Source: an uncultured Caldisericota bacterium
Lineage (GTDB): Bacteria > Caldisericota > Caldisericia > UBA6126
DNA: 59,101 bases
Assembly: GCA_964583965.1 (NCBI GenBank)
Contig: CAZOYI010000091.1
Span: 1 to 59,101, forward strand
Direction: 5' to 3'
Shown: piece by piece, positions 53,673 to 59,101 of the stretch
Numbering within the stretch: the stretch's first letter is position 1
How the letters are laid out: the number at the start of each line of letters is the position of its first letter
Translations under genes and position numbers: made by a program
Notes under the pieces: generated by a model
What the model saw: the letters and a program-made list of their open reading frames with translations, nothing else
The model's database searches: none
Told to the model about the DNA's origin: nothing

Positions 53673-54591
53673 ATATAACCTTGAAAGGTTTATCGACTTC
53701 ATAGAATAGATTCACTGCTTCAATAGTGTTTGAAATCTTGTATACTCCTGGGTGATGTGTATGTCCACAAATTATTTTTCTTAGTTTTGGATGCGTTATT
53801 ACAAAATCACCCAGGAATTTGCATCCACGATATGCATTGTAAAATTCCTCTTCATACGAGGAATACCTGTAAATGCAATCCTCAAACATAACATGATGAG
53901 AAAGAAATACGAGATGATCAATGGAAGAATCAATATCTTGAAATTGTTGATTGATGGTTTTGTAGCAAATATGACAAAACTCAACATCATCCATTCCCGA
54001 TGGCCATTTGATATAGAACAAATCATTCCATGCACACATTCGTATAGGTTTATGATTTTCATCATAGGCCCATAGCTCTTTTTTTTCCAAATCTTCGTAT
54101 GTCATTTCAAACCAATGAAACTCCTTATTAGTGCTCCGTCGTACAAAAGTAAAAGGTTCTGAAACAGGTGGTTCTAGCGGGGAAAAAAAGGAAAAGTCGT
54201 ACCAGCCAATATTACCAATAAATCCTATGCGGTTCAATACAAAAGGATTCTGATCAAGATATTGAAAACCTGTATTTTTACAGATCTCAGGAAGAATTGA
54301 TGTGTAGATTTCAAAAGAATTCAAAGAAGAATATGGGGATCGTTTAGACATAGTTTGCGACCAAATATCATGATTTCCCGCGACAAAAATTTTTGGTATT
54401 TCAAGAGAAGAAAATTCTGAAAGATAATCATGTAATTTTAGAAGATTTTGCGAAACATCACCCAAGATAGCAAAAATGATCTCTTCGGTGGGGTGTTGAT
54501 TCATGTATTCACGTATATGTTTAGGCAAGTTCAAAGAATCCATATTTTTTGATTTGTCAATATGAATATCTGATGTAACAAGGAGCTTCAT
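53659..54591 (-). CDS. Metallophosphoesterase (all five motifs intact)
   Basis: VTSDIHID (DxH), AILGDVSQ (GD), VAGNHDIW (GNHD), LSHHVMF (H) and CGHTHHPG (GHxH). 310 aa. The 3' end overlaps yqeY by 14 nt. Confidence 0.85.
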   Translation of the reverse strand: MKLLVTSDIHIDKSKNMDSLNLPKHIREYMNQHPTEEIIFAILGDVSQNLLKLHDYLSEFSSLEIPKIFVAGNHDIWSQTMSKRSPYSSLNSFEIYTSILPEICKNTGFQYLDQNPFVLNRIGFIGNIGWYDFSFFSPLEPPVSEPFTFVRRSTNKEFHWFEMTYEDLEKKELWAYDENHKPIRMCAWNDLFYIKWPSGMDDVEFCHICYKTINQQFQDIDSSIDHLVFLSHHVMFEDCIYRYSSYEEEFYNAYRGCKFLGDFVITHPKLRKIICGHTHHPGVYKISNTIEAVNLFYEVDKPFKVISMRF

Positions 54592-54608
54592 ATTACTTTA
54601 TTCTCCTA

Positions 54609-54636
54609 CTGACCGAATTACGAAAAATGGTACAAT
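54609..54636 (+). promoter_or_regulatory. Candidate promoter for the second S8 protease
   Basis: CTGACC (54609-54614), a 16-nt spacer ending in TGG, then TACAAT (54631-54636). GAGG and ATG 54673 lie downstream. Confidence 0.4.
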
Positions 54637-54672
54637 AGTAAAATAATATCACAAAAAGTGAGGAACCGTAAG

Positions 54673-57378
54673 ATGAAGAAGTTCAACAAATTGCGTCATA
54701 TTATCATGACAGTATGTTTCATTATGTTTTTTTCTTCTATTCTTCCTTCACACGCCGTTTTGGCAATTAATCAAGCTAATACTCTTTCGCAAGATGAAGC
54801 ACAATATATAATAGAATTTCGCGGACCACCCATTGTAGAACTCTTCCAAGATGTTAATCCACAGAATCGTTTTAAAATGAAATCCATTATTGATCACCAG
54901 CATACACTGTTTCTAAAAGAATGTTTCAGGACTATCCCAACGGATATTGATGTAGAGTTTGAATACTTCCATGTTATGAACGGAATGTCAATACGTACAA
55001 CACAACAAACGATTCAAAGAATACAAGAATCCTCTTTTGTTAAAACAATCTATTTAGCACAAGAGTACTATTTACAAAGAGAAATCTCCGTACCAACTAC
55101 CGATGCTCCTTTTTGCTGGGATCAAAAAAATAGTGTTGGCGAATTTTATAAAGGTCAGGGTGTACTTGTTGGTGTTATTGATACAGGAGTCGATTACTGG
55201 CATGGCGAACTTGGGGGTGGACTAGGTAAAACATGGGACAATGAATGGTACAAGGTTCGTTTCGGATATGATTTTTCTGAGATGAAATCTATTCCTTATT
55301 CTATTGGTTTAAGCAATCATGGTACACATGTTGCAGGTATTATTGCAGGAAACGGTGAAAATGGAATAGCAATTGGGAAGAATAATGCCTCTGGTATGGC
55401 ACCAAGCGCTTCTCTTTGCATATACAAAGTCTTTACCAGTCAAAAAAATTCAACTGGAGAAGCTGCTCTTCTAATGGCACTTGAACAAGCTTCAATAGAT
55501 GGATGTGATGTTATAAATCTAAGCTTAGGCAAAAACTATGGTTGGACGAACGATCCGTTATCTATCGCATGTGATCGTTTGTCTGAAGCTGGTGTTTTGG
55601 TAGTTGCTTCCGCCGGTAATTCAGGAATGCGGAACCAACATTACAACCGCTTTCCTGTTCATGCTCCAGGAAGTAGTATTTCTTCATTATCAGTAGCTGC
55701 TTCTGATGCAACATTAAAAGATGGATTTTACTTCAACGTTTCGGATAAAACCAGAAGATTTGCCATAGGAAATCACTTTGATTCTACTCCAAAGGCTTCT
55801 TCTGAAATAATAGAGCTTGTCATTATTGAAGAATCGGATGTAAGCAGTATAAGCCAAACAGTTTTCCAAGGAAAAGCGATTTTGATTTTTCAATCCAAAC
55901 TCTCTCTGACAGAATTGGTTGAAGCTGCCACTAATACTAGCATTCACTCACTCATTGTAGTACATACCAAGGATTATCCTTCTTCTGAGAAAATTCTAAC
56001 AACAACAAATCGAATCCCAGTAATGAGTATTTCAAGTTCATCTGGTAATGCTCTGCGAACTTTAACAGATTATCATACTGAAAACATACAGATTCAGTAT
56101 GCATATGGGGTATCTTTCATTACCATGTCCTCTTTTTCATCAGAAGGACCTACTCCCGATCTTTTCCTGAAACCCGAAATCACTGCACCAGGAGTTCGTA
56201 TCAATTCAACTCTTACAAATCACCAATATGGTAATATGAGCGGTACTAGCATGTCCAGTCCACACGTAGCAGGAGGTGCAGCTCTTTTAATCCAAAAACA
56301 CCCCGATTGGACACCTTCTGAAATCAAGTCCTGTTTGGTTAACTATTCCAGACCTATAGAGAATCCATTAACTGGAGATCGTTATTCGATTTATCAGCAG
56401 GGCGGGGGAGAAATGAATTTAAAGAACTCCTTTTCAGCCTCTTTGCTTATGGATCCACCTACAATTTCTTTTGGAGAAGTTGAAAAGAATACAACAAAAT
56501 CAATTAAACTTACAAACAAAGGTTCAAATCAGCAATCGATAGAAATATTTTGTTCTTCCCCTCAAAAACTGAACGCTTCGGTTGTAGTTTCTCCTTATCG
56601 GATGAACATAAAACCAGATGAATCAGTTACTATAGATGTTACTCTTGAGATCCAAAACGACACGGTCGGTGGATTTTGTGAATTCTGGATTGAAGGTCGT
56701 GACGATTCTGGGAGTATCTTTCAAGTTCCTTGCATTTTCCACCACGGTTCATTAGAAAAAATGGATGCTATACTACACTCTTACATGTTCCCAAACCTTG
56801 CGTGTTCACCTAATTCTGATGGATATAGTGATGAGACTAATTACATTTGTTTAAGTCCTTATAATATTGACGGAATTGAAATTGATTTGTTTAACGAGGA
56901 AGAAGTGTTTATCCAAAATCTTTTTTACCACAGAGGATCGATTGGTGCTGGCTATTATTCCATACCTTTTTATGGCAAAAAAAACAGTATTCCACTACCA
57001 GATGGACTTTATACGATACGATCTTTTGTTTTACCTACCGGAAAAAATTACAAAAAAGTAACGAATTGGGAGTTTGGCAAAGAATCAAAAGCTCTTATTG
57101 ATACAAAATCGCCAAACCTTTTACTGAATTCACAGTGGTTACAATATGATATTGTAAAAGTTACAGGGAGAATCAATGACGAAAATGCAGCTTTTGGATT
57201 GTTTCTTTATTATGAACTTGATTATGACGATGGTTCAATCCTATCTCTCAATGACGATGGATCTTTTGAGCATACCATTAAAATACAACAGGAGCATTGT
57301 TTTATTCGTTTCACTGCCCAAGATTTAGCTGGTAATCGTACTTCTATTAAGAAAAGAATACCAAATGCAAGTTTTTAG
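54673..57378 (+). CDS. Secreted subtilisin-like (S8) serine protease with I9-type propeptide, PA domain and C-terminal Ig-like modules
   Basis: Signal peptide. Propeptide (YIIEFRGPP...). Triad blocks GVIDTGVDYWHGEL, NHGTHVAGIIAG and GTSMSSPHVAGGAAL. PA insert (FQGKAILIFQSK...). FlgD-Ig-like segment (GAGYYSIPFYGKKNSIPLPDGLYTIRSF). I prefer ATG 54673 over the track's GTG 54658. Confidence 0.92.
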   Translation: MKKFNKLRHIIMTVCFIMFFSSILPSHAVLAINQANTLSQDEAQYIIEFRGPPIVELFQDVNPQNRFKMKSIIDHQHTLFLKECFRTIPTDIDVEFEYFHVMNGMSIRTTQQTIQRIQESSFVKTIYLAQEYYLQREISVPTTDAPFCWDQKNSVGEFYKGQGVLVGVIDTGVDYWHGELGGGLGKTWDNEWYKVRFGYDFSEMKSIPYSIGLSNHGTHVAGIIAGNGENGIAIGKNNASGMAPSASLCIYKVFTSQKNSTGEAALLMALEQASIDGCDVINLSLGKNYGWTNDPLSIACDRLSEAGVLVVASAGNSGMRNQHYNRFPVHAPGSSISSLSVAASDATLKDGFYFNVSDKTRRFAIGNHFDSTPKASSEIIELVIIEESDVSSISQTVFQGKAILIFQSKLSLTELVEAATNTSIHSLIVVHTKDYPSSEKILTTTNRIPVMSISSSSGNALRTLTDYHTENIQIQYAYGVSFITMSSFSSEGPTPDLFLKPEITAPGVRINSTLTNHQYGNMSGTSMSSPHVAGGAALLIQKHPDWTPSEIKSCLVNYSRPIENPLTGDRYSIYQQGGGEMNLKNSFSASLLMDPPTISFGEVEKNTTKSIKLTNKGSNQQSIEIFCSSPQKLNASVVVSPYRMNIKPDESVTIDVTLEIQNDTVGGFCEFWIEGRDDSGSIFQVPCIFHHGSLEKMDAILHSYMFPNLACSPNSDGYSDETNYICLSPYNIDGIEIDLFNEEEVFIQNLFYHRGSIGAGYYSIPFYGKKNSIPLPDGLYTIRSFVLPTGKNYKKVTNWEFGKESKALIDTKSPNLLLNSQWLQYDIVKVTGRINDENAAFGLFLYYELDYDDGSILSLNDDGSFEHTIKIQQEHCFIRFTAQDLAGNRTSIKKRIPNASF

Positions 57379-57383
57379 TATGG

Positions 57384-57411
57384 TTGTGACTTTTCCTATA
57401 AGTCATATAAT
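57384..57411 (+). promoter_or_regulatory. Candidate sigma70-type promoter for the second oxidoreductase operon
   Basis: TTGTGA (57384-57389), a 16-nt spacer, then TATAAT (57406-57411). AAAGGAG and ATG 57442 lie downstream. Confidence 0.45.
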
Positions 57412-57441
57412 AAACTTAGCTCTATAAGTAAAGGAGTAGTT

Positions 57442-58500
57442 ATGGGTGACAAAATTTTAATGAAGGGCGCTGAAGTTATCGGCGAAGCTGCTGTCAAGGC
57501 AGGTTGTAGACTTTATTTTGGGTATCCAATTACACCTCAAAATGAAGCTCCAGCATATATGGCAAAACGATTGCCTGAAGTTGGAGGAACGTTTGTTCAG
57601 GCAGAAAGTGAAGTTGCCGCAGTAAATATGTTGTATGGTGCGTCTGCTGCTGGACACCGTGTTATGACGAGTTCTTCAAGTCCTGGTATTAGCTTGATGA
57701 TGGAAGGTATTTCCTATTGTGCAGGATCAGAACTCCCCGTTGTAATTGTTAATGTTATGCGAGGAGGACCTGGGCTTGGTGGCATTGGACCTTCTCAATC
57801 TGATTATTTCCAATCAACTAAAGGTGGCGGTCATGGTGATTACCGTATGATTACTCTTGCACCAACTAATCTGCAGGAACAATCTGATTTAATGAAAACC
57901 GCTTTTGATTTAGCAGATAAATATCGTATTCCTGTAATGGTGTTAAGCGATGGACTTCTCGGACAAATCATGGAAGCTGTAGAATTCAAATTTGACGTTG
58001 ATCCTGCAACTTTACCATATAAAGAATGGGCAGCTGATGGTAGAAAAAACCGTGAAAAACACCTTATCAATTCATTGGATCTAGATTTAGATGGCCTTGA
58101 ACACCACAATGAAAAACTACAAGCTCGGTATAAAAAAATCGAAGAGAATGAAGTATTGTGTGAAGATTATCAGGTTGATGACGCTAAAGTTGTTATTGTA
58201 GCTTATGGTACAACGGCTAGAATAGCCAAAACTGCTGTTGAAATGCTTCGAGAAGAAGGATATAAAGTTGGTTTAATTCGACCTATCACTCTATGGCCTT
58301 ATCCAGTAAAGAATATCCAAAAATCAGTTCAAAATTCCTCCACAGAATCTTTTTATGTTTTTGAAATGAATGCTGGTCAAATGCTAGAAGATGTTCAACT
58401 TGCTGTGAATGGGAAAAAACCAATTCGTTTCTATGGTCGAATGGGTGGTAATGTTCCTAGTCCTATTGAGCTTATCTCTAAAATTAAAGACATCTATTAA
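57442..58500 (+). CDS. 2-oxoacid:ferredoxin/acceptor oxidoreductase, alpha subunit (second, two-gene-type set)
   Basis: GAEVIGEAAVKAGCRLYFGYPITPQNE, SSSSPGISLMMEGISY and VNVMRGGPGLGG blocks, paralogous to 16630-17754. 352 aa. Confidence 0.9.
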   Translation: MGDKILMKGAEVIGEAAVKAGCRLYFGYPITPQNEAPAYMAKRLPEVGGTFVQAESEVAAVNMLYGASAAGHRVMTSSSSPGISLMMEGISYCAGSELPVVIVNVMRGGPGLGGIGPSQSDYFQSTKGGGHGDYRMITLAPTNLQEQSDLMKTAFDLADKYRIPVMVLSDGLLGQIMEAVEFKFDVDPATLPYKEWAADGRKNREKHLINSLDLDLDGLEHHNEKLQARYKKIEENEVLCEDYQVDDAKVVIVAYGTTARIAKTAVEMLREEGYKVGLIRPITLWPYPVKNIQKSVQNSSTESFYVFEMNAGQMLEDVQLAVNGKKPIRFYGRMGGNVPSPIELISKIKDIY

Positions 58501-58513
58501 GGGAGGCGACAAA

Positions 58514-59101
58514 ATGAACGAAATGAAACAAATCTTTAAAGTGACTCCCTTACTATCAAAAACAAAACGTTCTTATTGCCCAGGTTGTACTCATGGGGTG
58601 ATTCATCGTTTAGTATGTGAAGTCATAGAAGAACTCGATCAGTTCGAAAATTCTGTTATTATTGTTCCTGTAGGTTGCTCAACTCTCGCAATTCACTATT
58701 TTGAAATGGATACTGTACAAGCTTCCCATGGCAGAGCTCCCGCAGTAGCCACTGGAATGAAAAGAGCAATGCCATCCAAGACTATTGTTACGTATCAAGG
58801 CGATGGAGATCTTGCATCCATTGGAACAGCCGAAATAGTTCATGCAGCTACCAGGGGTGAAAAAATAACCACCATATTTGTCAACAACGGTGTTTATGGA
58901 ATGACCGGCGGACAAATGGCACCTACAACTTTAGAAGGATGGAAAACTGAAACCTCCCCTTATGGGCGAGATGTAAGGAAAGAAGGTTATCCAATCCGCA
59001 TTTGTGAAATGTTGAGTCAGTTAAATGGACCGGCATATATCGCTAGAACTAGCGTTCATAATCCTGCTAATATCGTGAAAACCAAAAAAGCTATCCGCAA
59101 G
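58514..59101 (+). CDS. 2-oxoacid:ferredoxin/acceptor oxidoreductase, beta (TPP) subunit, 5' fragment (runs off the window)
   Basis: Not in the ORF track because no stop is reached. My translation from ATG 58514 (after GGGAGG) gives MNEMKQIFKVTPLLSKTKRSYCPGCTHGVIHRL...YQGDGDLASIGTAEIVHAATRGEKITTIFVNNGVYGMTGGQMAP... The frame is open for 196 codons to the window edge. Confidence 0.88.
   Translation, partial: MNEMKQIFKVTPLLSKTKRSYCPGCTHGVIHRLVCEVIEELDQFENSVIIVPVGCSTLAIHYFEMDTVQASHGRAPAVATGMKRAMPSKTIVTYQGDGDLASIGTAEIVHAATRGEKITTIFVNNGVYGMTGGQMAPTTLEGWKTETSPYGRDVRKEGYPIRICEMLSQLNGPAYIARTSVHNPANIVKTKKAIRK

Noticed and set aside
1-59101. A search for CRISPR repeats, IS elements or transposases, integrases, phage genes, rRNA/tRNA genes, and long direct or inverted repeats.
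   Set aside because: None was recognised by eye. The only repeat is the 14-15-bp tandem at 14862-14890. A computational repeat or tRNA scan would be needed to exclude short or degenerate elements.

Overview
This is a 59.1-kb, low-GC (about 35-37% by eye), very gene-dense chromosomal segment from an anaerobic bacterium. I call about 56 protein genes. I found no rRNA, tRNA, CRISPR array, IS element, transposase or integrase. The lineage cannot be fixed from this window, but several features look Firmicutes-like: the valS-folC ... mreBCD-minCD synteny, SLH domains and copper-amine-oxidase-N wall-binding domains.

Content from left to right:
- 1-5.7 kb: an A/V-type ATPase operon (K-E-C-F-A-B-D).
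- rluB, converging on a 1094-aa S8 protease.
- An oxidative-stress trio (NUDIX hydrolase, desulfoferrodoxin, ferritin) followed by a PQQ-like propeller lipoprotein.
- A hairpin-bounded islet holding a DUF234-type ATPase and a DnaQ-like exonuclease.
- 15.3-44.5 kb: one uninterrupted minus-strand array of 30 genes. In transcription order these are a DUF948 protein, a YtxH protein, two lipoproteins, trxB, valS, folC, a zinc-ribbon membrane protein, rnfCDGEAB, an unknown 926-aa protein, apbE, a Gx transporter, mreBCD, mrdA, minCDE, an SbcD-like/SbcC-like pair, and a four-subunit 2-oxoacid:ferredoxin oxidoreductase.
- 44.7-53.2 kb: a plus-strand envelope cluster. It contains a 1222-aa SLH protein built from two degenerate 5'-nucleotidase modules, a DOMON/EB_dh-like lipoprotein, an NHL propeller, a Cys-less rhodanese, a 6-TM protein and a TlpA-like thioredoxin.
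- yqeY, a metallophosphoesterase, a second S8 protease and a second (alpha/beta) oxidoreductase that runs off the 3' edge.

Best candidate for something undescribed: the Mre11/Rad50 (SbcD/SbcC)-like pair at 18015-22137. It keeps the family architecture: Walker A, a long coiled coil, a CxxC zinc hook and an H-loop. It has lost essentially all nuclease metal ligands, and the Walker-B catalytic Glu is Gln. It is translationally coupled to minE at the end of the mreBCD-mrdA-minCDE operon.

Secondary candidates:
- the 926-aa bitopic protein welded between rnfB and apbE;
- the double pseudo-5'-nucleotidase SLH protein;
- an extracytoplasmic thiol-redox trio.

All homology calls are by-eye motif recognition. 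No searches were run.
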